Below the pieces are notes generated by a model, which did not search any database, was not told the DNA's origin, and saw only the letters and a list, made by a program, of their open reading frames with translations. 64,000 nucleotides of DNA from Marsupella aquatica. Lineage: Eukaryota; Plantae; Marchantiophyta. Made by a program: the position numbers and the translations under genes. The stretch covers positions 16,738,246 to 16,802,245 of the forward strand of contig OZ316899.1 of NCBI GenBank assembly GCA_973895155.1. The letters are read 5' to 3'. How positions within the stretch are numbered: position 1 is the stretch's first letter; each line of letters starts with the position of its first letter. Shown here in pieces: positions 24,585 to 42,669 of this stretch.

Positions 24585-26058
24585 GGTGGCCTGCTTCATC
24601 CCATCATAAGTCGGAGGAGAAACGTCTGGTGGGGCAGACTCTGGGCTCCTCTGCTATTTTGGGTCCCCACGCACCACTCCCGGTAGTGTGGGGATGAATT
24701 GGCCATAGGTCCTGACCCCTCGTACAGGCCAATCCGCCTCGTAGTCAAAGTCCTCATCAATGTAGTCCTCCAGCCCTCCCTCCCATCCTAGAGTAGTAGT
24801 TCCTCCCACTCCTCTTTGGGTCTGGCCGTAAATGCGGCTTCCTATTGGACGGGTGCCGGCTGTGTCTGTGGCTCCCAAGCTTGTCCTTTCCTCTCTTCCC
24901 TAGGGCTAGGAATCTTGGGCTGCTGTTCCTCAGGTTCTGGCCTAGAGCCCCCCACATACATCCGTACTCTCAATTCTTGTTCCGGCCTCCCTCTCCCCAT
25001 GCCTTCGGCAAAGGGATCTGCCCTTGTTGGTCTTCTTGGGCTTGCCTATGGTATAGTGCCCTATACCGGTGCCAGTGCCGCAATTGCCGGCTTCTTCTTT
25101 TGCAGCATCTGCAGAAGGCTCTGCATGGTGGGTTGCTGCATCGGCGTGGGTTTTGGCCTAGGTCCAAAGATCTGCCATATCATAGGGTTGTCGGGCAACT
25201 TGGGCTTCCTTGTATTGGCCTCTGCTTTGACTCCTCCTTTAGTGCCCTTGCTTGTAGGGGAAGTATTGGTGCAAAGGTCTGACTCCGGGCGTACCAACAC
25301 AACAATGATATGTGATAACTAAGCTGGGAAACGCTCCCCTGGCCTATCACTTGTTGTTCCTCCTTCAAGATCTTCTTCAATTGGGTGAGGAGGTACCCGT
25401 TGTAGTCCCGGCTTGGTTCTGGCCTCTTTTCCAAGTAGACTTGTGCCTTGCCAATCTCCGACCTTGCTAAATTGTGATGCATTGTCACCTATGGGTTAGT
25501 GCAGGTGTTTCTGAAGAAGCCATTGTTTGTTGATGGCTCGGGAAACAACCTAAACTCCTTATCCGACAAGTTCTTCTAGCTGGACATCCACCTTGGTCTT
25601 ATTGCCTATCGGCAAGCCAAAGACCTCTGCAATCACCTTGGGAGTGAGATAGAATACCCTCCCATACACCTTGGTCGTGTCTGGTTTGTGATCCCAGGAT
25701 CCCACAAAAGCCAACAGGTTTGAATCCGACACCTCAGGCTTTAGCCAAGGTAACCTAACAAATGTCTCCAAGCCGGATCCGGCCATGAAGCCTTGGTACT
25801 TCCAGGACTGCATGGCTGTAAAACATGCATCTTTATCTTGTGCAAAGTATAGTTGTACCTCCCTCGGCAAGACGGTCGCCCAACCTTTCCATGTGTCATC
25901 CCTTGTGGGGATGGCATTAACTGGGTCAACCTTCGGTTCTTTGGCCTCCTCCTGCCTCTTTCTTGTCTGCTCGACTAGCTTCTTAGGTGTTGCCGACCTC
26001 GTTCTTTTGGTTGGGGTTGCCTCTTTGTTGGTTGGCACCTTCCTCTTCATTTTGGCTA
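24585..26058 (-). pseudogene. Middle fragment (PMD-like core) of the B2 ORF
   Basis: AIPTRDDTWKGWATVLPREVQLYF...FYLTPKVIAEVFGLPIGNKTKVD is nearly identical to ORF 15517-18885, but disrupted. Confidence 0.88.
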
Positions 26059-29000
26059 TGTGACGCCGCCGGTACGGCGAGTAATGAGTAATTCGGTCTA
26101 AACCGCGCTTAGCACGCGCGTTAGGGGTATCTTAGGCCACTATTATTAGCATAACGACAATATTTAGGTAACCATTATGAGTAGGAAATCATTAGTCAAT
26201 AAGGGGAATTCATGTTTGGACTGGCGGCGTGTCGTCATTTGCACGCCCGGGTTGCAAGCGTGGAGGGGCCCCTCCCTCGGGTCCGTATAACAAACTTAGG
26301 GAAGCGGCCACTGACACGCGCTGACTCAGACCGGTGGAGTGGCCGGTACACTACAAGCGTGAACGGTTTAGCCTATAAGCAACGAGGAGATGTCGGGTGA
26401 TCGACGAGCCCTCAAGGTATAAAAGGGGAGCCGACCCTTTGTAGTGCACCAGTCCATCAGTCCACACGCCAGCTTTGACCCCAACTCTCTCGTTTTCTCT
26501 TAGTCGCCACTGCTATCTCCTCTGAATGTCGCACACGACCCTCTCCAGTTCGGCCATTCAATTTTGGACGCAGTTCCTATCTACTAGAAGACACTTGGCC
26601 GACTCATTGAAACACGCCAACCCGCACCGATACGAAATTGAACGCGAGTACGAGAGAGCCATCCGCCTAGCAGGACGACACCACTATATCCTTAACTTTG
26701 ACTACCCGTCTCAGAGCGAGCTTTACCAACCAGCAGAGGTATCAGGGTACTTCTTCAACGGAGACAAATATATCAGTTTCTAGGAAGCATTGCTTTGGCT
26801 TCCGGATGAGATCTTCAATATCCCGGGTACGATCGACTTGCAACGACATCACTTTGACCACATCCCTGCTCAAGTTCGGGCTATCATCAATAGCGAGTCC
26901 AGCACTACCCGTTCGACAAGGCCGTCTGCACTTGCTTTGGAGAACTTCTACCAGCACCTATAGAGCTTCATGGGAACTAGACCCTCAACCACCGGCGCCG
27001 GCATAGTCAACCCCATACCCGTACCCGCGCCAACGCAGACTCAGGCTCAGCCTCAGTCTCAGCCTCAGTCTAGCCAACCCCTACCGCCAATCGCCCCGCC
27101 AGTACAAGTACGCTCCATCATCAACGCTGTGGACCTTAGCAACGATGACGAGGCTACCCCACCCTTGCTCAGGCGGCCCAAAGGAGCGAACACTCAGGGG
27201 GCCGACACTACATCATCCCCTCCCCATGTCCGGACCCAAGGAGCGGCTCCAGCAGACAACACGGTGACCGTGGTTGCCGCGGGCCCAATACTAACAGCGG
27301 TAGCACTATCTATGCCCGATCGAGAGGATGGGGAGGTGTCACCCTCCCCGAGCCAGTCACGGGGGAAGAAGAGGAAGGAACTCGCTGCTGCATCCGGGTT
27401 ACCAATGGCCACGGTAGCCGCGGCCAAGGTGATAATGCACCGCATGGGGGAAAACGTGCATAAAAACATCCTCCATCCCAAACATGCGATGTACCTGAAA
27501 ACTCAGGGATTCGAGCACCTCGTCTCTCTCCCCTGGAACACTTGCAGGTACTACGGGGAGGACATGATGGAATTCGTCAAGAATTATGACGACGCACGTC
27601 AACATACTTGGCTGCGGGGAAGGAATATGTCCCTCACGGAAGAACGGCTCAAGATGATCTTTGGGTTACCCGAAGGTGACCACCGAGTCAAATCACGGGC
27701 TCCCGGGGGCAAGGGAGCCAAGTACCAATCCTCAAGTTTTCCCTCCGAGGGATCAGTGCACAACGGGTTTGTGATGAGGACCTGCCTCATCCCCGAGATA
27801 GCTGAGCGACTGGAGTTCCAAAGGTACGCCCTCCACATGATGGAACCCCGGGGGGAGATCTCCGCTGCCCAGGTTATCCAGGTCAAGAACTATCAACCTA
27901 GGAAGTGGGCGTCGTACCTCGCTAAGAAATTCCATGAAGAGATGGAGCGGCGAAGAAAGACGCTATACATTGGCGGGAAGGCGTATTTCGCTAGCCACAT
28001 CGAGATCATTCTCGAGTGGTACGCTCGGTTTGATCGATGAACCGTTCCCCGTGTCAACGTAACAAAGCTGGTCCTAGCTAGGTGGGTTTTCCCGGCCTTG
28101 GAGAGACGGCCCCAACCCGAGGCCCGAAGTCCAACGGCCATGCAAGCTTCACCCACCCCACCTCCACAAGTAGTTGTAGCCGTGGCCGATGAGGTACCAG
28201 ATGGGTCGGTAATCGCAACCGTAGATGCAATCAACCAGGCCGGGCCAAGTACAGAAATCGGGACAGCGGAGGCCTTACTCGAGGCCGGGTCTCCCGAAGA
28301 CCCACTGGTGGCTATTCCGAAGGACCAGACATTGCTGGAGGAGGACACTCCAACCCCTTCCAATACTACGTCTCCAGGGCTGGATGTCACTGCCCCGGCC
28401 CCCGCGCGTGTTGACGTCTGCCCGTGCCCAAATCCGGACAGGCACAACTTGGACCACCCGGAACTCTTCGTACCGGGTACATTTCTGAACGGGCTTTTGG
28501 GAGATTTCTCTCATCAAATTGCCCGGGATACCGGGGAGTTCATGGCCCGGAAGGTAGCCTGTTTCTTCAATCAGGAGTTGGTTGCCGCAGTAAAGGCAGG
28601 TCGGGCCCAGTCAGAGGCCCATCAGAGGATAGAGCGGTATCGGGTGGAGTCCGTATACTTAAAGAACAAAGTTGCGGCTCAAGAGGCTGAGCTTCTGCAA
28701 CTACAACCCAAAGTTGCAGCCGCCGATGAGTTGTTAGCAAAGGCGCACGCCCTTACCGCCCTAGCCGAACAGACCAAAGCTGGGAACGAGGCCGAGATTG
28801 CACGACTCCGGAACCAGATTGATAGTTTGAAGAATCAAACTGTCATCTGGCAGAAAGACCTGGAGGAGGCCGAAGAACGGGCCCAACGGGACACTGCGGA
28901 GATAGCCACGCTACAGGCCGAAGTAGCACGGCTCCAAACCAAAGCCGAGAAGCAGGACCAGGTGGTGGGCAAGTTGACGAGCGATGCCCAGCAGCTGGAG

Positions 29001-30043
29001 GAGGCATGCCCGGAGGCAGCGGAGGAGACGGACGCGGCAAAGCGAGAGAACGAATCTCTGCTAGACCAGGTCCAGCTCCTCAAGGCGGACAACGATAGAC
29101 TTTGTAAGCAGTGGGATGGTCGCTCCCACTCGGACGGCTCTGGCAAGCGTGCCAGGCATTAGCGGTAGAGTAGGAATAGAATAGGGTTAGGAATAGCTAA
29201 ATCAGGCTATGGGGACAGGAACCTGCCCTAGTTAGAGCAGCACCGCCATGCTGTCCAGCCTGCGTAGGTTAGGATCTTCTAATAAGACACAGCCGTTTTG
29301 CGGCCTGACAGTCAGATTAGTTAGGACCTAAGTCAGCGAATCTTCGGGCGGGAGGACACTCCGTTCCTCGGCCCTTAGTATTTAGTGCACCCCTCGGTAG
29401 AGGCAAGGGGGGGTTTTTAGTCTCAGTGTTGGACATCCGCGGTATGTGCGGGGAGTGAAAGAGTACCAAGGGGAGGGTGTAAGACTAAGCTCGTTGGGCG
29501 AGTGCGGAGCCAGGCTCCGTTGTAGTGTACACCCTCGGCCTCGGACCTGTTCACTCCAGAGCATTCGGGTCAACTAAGTGTACGTGTATGTCTCTTATGG
29601 AGTAAAATCCCTTCCCGTTATTTCCTTTGTGTAAATCGAGATTTTATGCTTGTGCGTATGTATGTGTGTGAATCTCGTGTATAGGTGCCAACGCTTGGCC
29701 GAACACACTACCCAAGTAGTGCACGGGGTGCAGCTTGCGTGTACGTGGTTGCGAGCCCAGGTTGAGCACCCATATCATCAAAATCCGGATTGAAGGCGGA
29801 CAATACGAAGGCTTAGAAGCCCTTAAGCCAGGGTCGATCCTGCTATCGATTGAGGTACGTTCCGGCGGCGGAACACAAACCATACCTAGGAGGTGTCTGT
29901 ATATGACGATAGGCGCACTTAGCGCTATTTTACATAAGTTGGGTGCATTCCGTGCCTCCCTCCCTGTCCAAACCCTCATTTTGACAAAGGGTGTGCCTGT
30001 TTAAGCCAAAGCCCGGAGTAAGGCCAAGGCTGACGACGTGATA
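26059..30043 (+). mobile_element. 3985-bp solo LTR 'C2' carrying a long ORF
   Basis: Termini TGTGACG...CGTGATA; 5-bp TSD GGCTA (26054-26058 and 30044-30048); collinear end to end with 20650-24584. Confidence 0.9.
26526..29162 (+). pseudogene. 878-codon PMD-like + coiled-coil reading frame in LTR C2 with three premature stops
   Basis: ORFs 26526, 26970 and 28098 share one frame. Stops are TAG 26781, TAG 26961 and TGA 28038. TATAAAA at 26418-26424. Confidence 0.85.
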
Positions 30044-30766
30044 GGCTACTCCTGATGATTCTCCCAGCACCGTTGCTTTTGTTCATGCCGCTGTGCAAAA
30101 CCCTTCAGGTCCCAATGTTTGTTGCTGCAGAGGCTGATGGCCTCCTGGATGCCGACGATTATGTTCTTAGGGAATCGTTGAGCTGGTTGGCAATAGGCGT
30201 CCACAAGAACTCAACCTTGATGAGCTCTCCTCCTAGGAAGGCAGACTTTTGCAGTTTTCATAGTTGAGCCAGCTCTGCCTTTCTCGGGCTGCTCTCTGCA
30301 ACTCCTTGTCTTCGTAGGTTCCAATGTATTCAGTTGCCCGTTCGAATAGGCATCCCCAAAAATGTGCAGCTTGGTTGCTCATTCTCACCTTGTGTCAATG
30401 CTCGGTATCTGCTTCCACCCATAGAGTTTGCCTAAGCAACTGACAGTCATTGGCTTCTCCCCGCAATCTGCTTGATCAGTGCTTGCAAATGAGCCGCCAC
30501 CCTCGGTGAACAGTCCTTACCCCCCTCTTGCCTGCAGTTGCCTGACTGCCCATTGATTACCTACAAACGCTTGTACTTAGCGTGCCCTAACCCTAATCAT
30601 GCCCCCTGGTTGCCGTTGCGCCTTACTTCCGGCCTCAGCTTGGGTTCCATGGTTACCCTAATTGTTTATATTTTCCCTTGTTTCCTCTTTATACTAATGG
30701 GTTTTAGTGTATACCACCCGGTTTTACCATTTTAGATGGCCTAGTGATTCCTAGCTAGGCATCACA
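30044..30766 (-). mobile_element. 5' end of unit B2 (terminus, leader and ORF N-terminus); B2 extends left beyond position 1
   Basis: Ends GTGATTCCTAGCTAGGCATCACA like B1 (19236-19258). Encodes AAHFWGCLFERATEYI and EFLWTP as in B1. Confidence 0.82.
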
Positions 30767-31606
30767 ATAGGGCTTTGGGCTAGCCACGAGCAAAAGCTCC
30801 AAGAAGGAAGGAGGTAGCCTCAAGCTTCCCCTTGCCTCCTTCAATGTAGTATAGGCCTTGTGCCCTCTTAATACCACCAAGCAGGGTGGTAGCTGCACCC
30901 TCGCTCCTCCTCTCTTGCACAGGTCCTCAAGCGTAGGATAATTAAATCCCCCCCTTGCTCCTCAATGTGCTTTGGGCCTCGGCCCTCCCTCTTGCTCTTG
31001 CTCACCCTTGATCCTTGTACCTGCCCAGACCTGAGGCCTCCGTTGTTAGCACTTAATAGGGCCTTGAGGCCACTCAATGACTTGAGCCCATCATAGGGCC
31101 AAGAGACCAACAATATTTCCAAGCGAGGGGCTCAACTCTCCCACCTTTCTCCTTTGTATTTCAGCCTTGGCCTCGCTGCCCTCAAACCTTGTGCACCCCA
31201 AAAGAGGTCAAAACAAAAAAGCAACAATATTCACAAGTGAATGACGTTTCCTCCAAAGGAAAAATGACCTTACCGGCTACAAAGGACATACAGTGCACAC
31301 TCGCAAGAGTGTTTAAACAATAGAGTTATCATCGCTCTGCACTTACAAGATGAAAAGCTTGAATTTTCCACCAAGAAGTTGTCAAACTATCCTCTCAATA
31401 GTACCTCTTTAGAAGAAATAGACATGTTTGACACTCCAATTTGGAGTTTTAATTGGGAAACCGTCACCTCTTCAAAACACAAAACAAAGAATGCAAAACG
31501 GCTAGTGAAATAATCACGCAATCGTCATGACGATTCAATCTTTTCACCACAATCCAACACACAACGCTCTAACTGCTACCCAAGTCACCGAACCACGAAC
31601 ATGAAC

Positions 31607-31879
31607 CTCTGATACCACTTGTAAGAAACCGTCGGCTCCAGACAAAACAACAATGCAGAACATGAGAGCACTCAATCCCACACTACATCAACAAGACACC
31701 ATGATAGAGAAACTCCTGAAGGATCCAAGTATAGCTCATGCGAAAGTACTTGTGCAGAATGAGGGGCCAAGATGTGTGGGCCTAAATTAAGCGGATCTTA
31801 TTCTCATGTAATCCAGGGTTAACTAAACCTAGTAAGGCCAAACTAACTATAAGCTGGAAACTTGAGTCAATTTCTAACA
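31607..31879 (-). mobile_element. Short (about 260-bp) 5' LTR with tRNA-iMet primer-binding site; the adjacent 30767-31606 is its probable internal region
   Basis: CTCTGATACCA (31607-31617) is TGGTATCAGAG on the minus strand, 2 bp from TGTAAGAAA...TTTCTAACA (31620-31879). Superfamily cannot be determined; the short LTR suggests Copia. Confidence 0.65.
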
Positions 31880-32527
31880 AAAGCTTCTTCCAAAATTTCT
31901 AGCACCACATTGAGCCACATCAATTTCACTCACAAAACAGGAATAATGATGTTTTCAACAAGGAGCAAACACAACAGTTTGTGTTTGATGCAAGACAAGA
32001 AAAAACAATTATACCCAATAACAATAAAAAAAATAAATAAATAGAAGAGTAAATTTAGAACAACAAACATTTAGGTAAAACAAAATTACCATTTCAATGT
32101 CTTGTCAATGATATATCAGTGTTTTACATCAAAATGTTTGTATTTTTTAATTGTTTGCAAGTTTGAAAAAATCAATTGACACAAATGTAAATAGTTAGAA
32201 CCCCTTTGGCTCCACATTGTAAAACTAAATAATCAATCTCCTTTGTACTTAAAAATGCTTGTATTTTTTGAATTGTTTGCAAGTTTGAAAAAACCAACCT
32301 AAAACTTAAGAAAATAAAGTGAATTTTACTATTTTTTAACTCTTAACTTTATGAAATATTCTAGCAATATTCTGCTATTTGTATTAAAAAACCCTTACAG
32401 TTCTTATAATTCTCAGAATTGTATTAAAATGCCCCTATAGTTCTTCAACAAAAATTTTAAAGTCTTCCATGCAATTGAATTTGAAAAACCCTAACTTCTT
32501 CGCACGCGATGGGTCGGAGAAAAGAAG

Positions 32528-32871
32528 TGAGGACCCCAGGGGTAAACTCATGATTTCCTTGGTACTTGACAAATGTACCAATGTGTTGTACATTCAAAAC
32601 CAATAGAAATTCAGAAAATCATGATCTTGTTTCTTACTCATCTCTCATGAACCTTTTGTGCTAAACACTTAGAGGCATTTTAGAAAATCATAACATTGAG
32701 GACCCCAGGGGTAAACTCATGATTTCCTTGGTACTTGACAAAATGTACCAATGTGATGTATATTCAAAACCAATAGAAATTCAGAAAATCATGATCTTGT
32801 TTCTTACTCATCTCTCAATGAACCTTTTGTGCTAAACACTTAGAGGCATTTTAGAAAATCATAACATTGAG
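32528..32871. repeat. Near-perfect tandem duplication of about 170 bp
   Basis: TGAGGACCCCAGGGGTAAACTC...TAACAT occurs twice, with units starting at 32528 and 32697. Confidence 0.9.
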
Positions 32872-34853
32872 AATGAATCTAACATTGACAGATTTTTTCA
32901 TTACCAACGAGATCATGGGCCTTCAACCCATTTGGTTCCTATAAGTTTGAGAAATGGGTTGAGGGCCATTTGGACTCAAACTTCCAAGTTACAGTAAAAT
33001 GTTAAGAGGAATGAGAAAAAGAATCTGGAAATGACATTCTTGTATGTTTGGGTTGGGTTCATGGTAATTAGAAAATGATTTGGAGACAAGTAGGAGATAA
33101 ATCATGAGTGGTGATGTGGAAGGATCTAGGATTGAAGTTGATTTAGACAATTAGCTACAAGCAATTCAAAATTAGGGAGAAGCCATATGAGCACTAATAC
33201 CAAGATGCAAATTCCTTCTCTTCCAAGTTACATGATACAACACTTAAAAAAACTATTTCCAAGGAAGTGTCTCTCATTGAATTTAAGAATCTCTACAGGG
33301 AGATGGGGTCCACAAACTAAATTCAATTTTTGTGTATTATATTCTTTTGCCATCATTTTGAAAGAGTGATTTTTTTCTTACCACCAGGGATAGTAACATT
33401 GTATTTTCAATGAGCTATCTCTCTAGAGGGCTCAAATATGAATATTTCGGTTTCAGAGCGGTCATGCAGTATTTGTGACAAAACAGAAAAAAAAGGTGTA
33501 TGGCTATGGTACGCCAGACTGAAAAACACACAATACGTTCGGAAATTCTCAAAAAGAAGAAGAACATATTGTATTTAATATGAGGGAGCGGGTAATCAGG
33601 CTTTCGCGAGCATAGGGTTCTGCCTCGCTAGGTATCATGCTTCGCCCTTCTCTAGCAAAAATTCACACCTCGTAGAATATCTCGGCATTCAGGCTAGTAC
33701 AAGAAGAAACCTGTGAGTTGGTTTAAGTTTGCAAATTCTGATCACAAGCGATTTTCTTACCGTCGGTTGTTAGAAGGAAATGTATCAGGTTGTCCTTATG
33801 CCCCGACTTCGCTTGAATGGTAGTCCACCTAGCGGGCATTTCCTCCTTTCTCCCCGAGGTGCGCAGATCTGCGTGTCCAGAGGAAACCTGCTGAATTAGG
33901 GCGAAGATCGCGAGAGAATTCCGTTACGATACTTAGGCTGCGAGGGATGCAGTTTAGAGCGGATGGGGGAAATGGACCAGGTTTGCCTTTTCGAAGACCA
34001 GGGGCTGGTCCTCCATTTTCTGTGAGTCCGTCTCTGTCACTCTAATGTATAGCTTCTATTTTGTCCTCTGTCCCTTTCTTTTGGCGTCGTAGCGGGGTTT
34101 TGAAGTGTACGTTCAATGAGCACAAACCTATTGTGGGCAATTGTACTTACCTTTCATGCTGGAAAGCCTGACCGGGATAAAGGAAGTAGAGCATCTGGGA
34201 TACCATATTGTTATTCTCTTCGTAGGAAGGTTTTTGCAAGGCTTTGCTAATAGTTTTTGTCAGGTTTTCGGGAGGCGTTCCTCGTTTGTCCTCTTCACCC
34301 CACCCTCGCACTTTGAGTCTTACTGCGGTCAAAGGATATCTTGAGCCCGGCTTTGTGCAAGTTGACAGTGAAGTTCACCTCTGATGATTTACACATTCAG
34401 ACTTACTCCAAGGTCGTAGGGGTGATTCTAAGAACGACACCCGGAGACTACGTCTGCCTGCCACGAAGGTGGTAGAACTTCTATTCACAAGCCATACTCT
34501 CGTTAGTGGCTATCGATCGCCATGACGGATCCGGACTCTCAGAAACGGAGGCTTAGAAACGAAGCGTCTGCCTGAAATATCTCGCGTTATTTTCGAATGC
34601 TTTATGGATTAATGTTCTTACGTGTCCTTTGGTATTGACACGGAATTTTAGTAGTGAATTCACGCCGAGCCGCCGAGCTTAAAATATAGGTGTTTTCTTG
34701 TTGTCTCAATAAACCAATACTGTTTAGTCGATTTTATGATAAGGTAGTTGTACAAAAGCGTTGAGGAGGTATTTTTGGTTCTTCGGCTGAAGGGATTTTT
34801 ATCATCCTTGGTGATGTTTACTGTAGTCAGCTCCAGCAAGAGGAGTGTTCCCT

Positions 34854-39756
<4,903 letters not shown>

Positions 39757-42669
39757 CGTTGAAAAGGCATCTAACGTCTCTTGTCTCGACAGGTGTGTGT
39801 TACTTCTCATACTTTTGCCTCCATTTCGGTGCTGGCATTTTCAGCTCTGGCATATTTTGTGCACTTCACAACCTTTTGGTCATACCATTTTAGTGAGCTG
39901 GGCATGCTGACTACTTGCAGCCATTTAAAATTTGTCTGAACATAAGATTCTCTTGGTCACCTGAGATATCCTCACTTTGCGTGTACACTATTCCAGCCGT
40001 AGAATGAGCAAGTATTGAGTTTTTCAAGACTCATTCTCCTGTATCCAACCATTTCAATCAGATCAATGAATGATAAAACACAATCACATTATCCAGCGCT
40101 GCTTTGCACCCTCAATGCCAGGTCAATGAGGCATTGTCATTGGTTCGAGACATTGTACGCAATTCTGTTGTTCAACATTCCTATTCCTGTACGGGAAAAT
40201 CTATAAAGTTAAGAGTAGTCATGTTTGAGATCATGAGATTGAGTTTAAGCTCGATTGAAAGTGGAAATGATACTCAGCTTCACCGAATAGTTAACTGACA
40301 AACCTAGTGGTAGTGATGGTCTTAGGACAAAGCTGTTCCTCCAGAATCAGAAAGCCACAGGGGTAAGTGTCAGTCAAAATCATATATAGACAAATTGATC
40401 GTAATTACACATCTGTGCGCCGACTTTATCATGACGTATCAAGCTCAACTAAGTCTGAAACTATCTGAAAGTCTCAACTAACTACCAACAATAATTCACC
40501 GCAGATATTGTTCACTCTACCAGACAGGAGTTAACAATGGAGGGTCCCTTTATATTCCAAGGGGATCTGCTGTATGACTGTGAAGTGGTCTACTGGAGAT
40601 TTTGGTAGTCCCTAAATTTTCTCATCTATTACAGACAGTACAGTCAAACCTCTTAATGATGGTATTCTTTTGCAACTTAAGTACTAAAAGTTTACATCAC
40701 ACATGATTTCTTATATCGCAGATCAGGTGGTTTCAGATAAGCAATGAGAGCGTTCACCACGGACTTTTATCTCAGCGAGTTGTAAAGTTTAGGGTAAAGA
40801 TTCGGGTTTAGGGCAACGAGCAGTATTTTTTTTAACCTTGGAAACCCATTCCGCCAAACTGATTTCTCGCGATCAGGTGTCTTGCAATGTAAAGAGTCGA
40901 AGACGAGTATTATATCGATGTTAGCGAAAAGGAGAAAAAAAATTCATATCAGGAAAGAAAGTAATCGATATGAGGACTATTTCTGTTCTTATTGACAAGA
41001 TTTTCATTTCCCATCCAATATATAAGGGTCGCCAACACGTGTATGTCTTCTCTATCAATATTAGCTTGTAATTTACATCCCAGATGATACTCGTTTGCCT
41101 ACTATTTTTATGATTGTATCAGATTGTAGGACCACGGAGAATTGTGGTACATCAAAGGGAATAGTAACATCCTGGGACATCACCCAAAAACAATTCATGA
41201 GGTATTGAGTAAACAGGAGTTTTGCGAGGGGGCAAACAGGCTTGCTCGGCATATTTGTCGCTCCCATTTACCAGGTTGTAGGTGTCATCCCAAGAAGACA
41301 CAGTGACATTTCATGTTTCATTAACAAATTGGAAACCAGTGACCATTTCATTCATAACATAGCAGAATATTCAGATTTTTGTAATGAAGGGGAAAGTTCC
41401 TGAATCATGCAATAGAAGATTTGCCCAAAAAGTTTGCACAAGATACCCTTAATAAAATCTTGTTATGACAAAGGTGTTCAGGAATGCAAGCCCACCTAAA
41501 GATGATGTACAGTCATGAGAATCATCTGATTCCAAACCATGTGAGCTAGTACTAGGATTGCTGCTATACTCCTTGTCAGCTGACTCATCTACACATTGGT
41601 TGAAAACTACTGGCCTTATTATCTGTAAATTTTGGGTAGTAAAAAGCTTCCTGAATACCCCACTCCGACTGCAGGCCTTTCCCCTCCCAAGTCAAAATGA
41701 TGGGTGCTTAGTCAATTTCCTTTGCAAACTTTTCAGCATAGCAAGGAAGACGACTCCCTTCTCAGGAATCCCAAGTAGATTTTCCTTGATTTCTTTTCGA
41801 AGATGGAATCTCTTCTCGGAAAACCAATTGACCCGCCTATCACTGAAGAAATCACCAGCATGGGATCAATAACATGCACCCAAAATCTGTAGAAACAAGT
41901 AACAAACATTAAAATGGGAGTTTGACATCAAAGGCAAAGTACTTTACTCCCGGTTGAATTCATCCTTATTGTCAGAAGGTCTGACCTGATCATCTCCTGG
42001 GATCGTGAACTCATCATCCGATCCGTCATCTTTGTAGTCTCCTCCTTCTGGTCTGCAGTCAATTTCAAATTTTGGGTATGACTCTCCAACATGTTTGCCA
42101 GACTTTTTTAACACAAGGATAAATAATGTCTCTATCCTTTACACCTAAAACAAATCTACCGGAATACTCTCCAGAGGCGAAAGCGCTTCCATCTCCTATG
42201 GTCCAATCTATGACTGTCCTTAGGCAAGGTAAGGATCTCCACGATGGCTTGCATGAACCAACAGACAATCTATTAGATCCAGCGAAAGCTGCTCTTGGAC
42301 TAAGATCAGTTTTTCGGTAGCAAACACTAAGCATTGATTTATGTCTGGCATCCTCAGACGACGTCAACGGAACATATCCAGTGTGTTTTGGTATTTTTGC
42401 TGAACATTCTACTATGCCAGAGACGTCCATGATGAGAGTGACACCCTGAATCCAACATAAACATTTGTGAGAAATGGTGCCTTTTGGTTGGCGAGCTCGC
42501 TAGCAAAAATCATACGTAAATGAGGCCTATTAATCATGGTGTTTACCTCCATATCCATATATGCCTGGGAACAAGGAGATGCTAGCAAAACCAAATACTG
42601 CCAAACATATTTAAATTTATTCTTCTGCTCGACTGCCAATTTTTTTTGTCTCATGTGGTTATGGTCGGA

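Noticed and set aside
41073-42654. Several short minus-strand ORFs that might be a decayed gene
   Set aside because: No recognisable domain or consistent splice structure could be established by eye.
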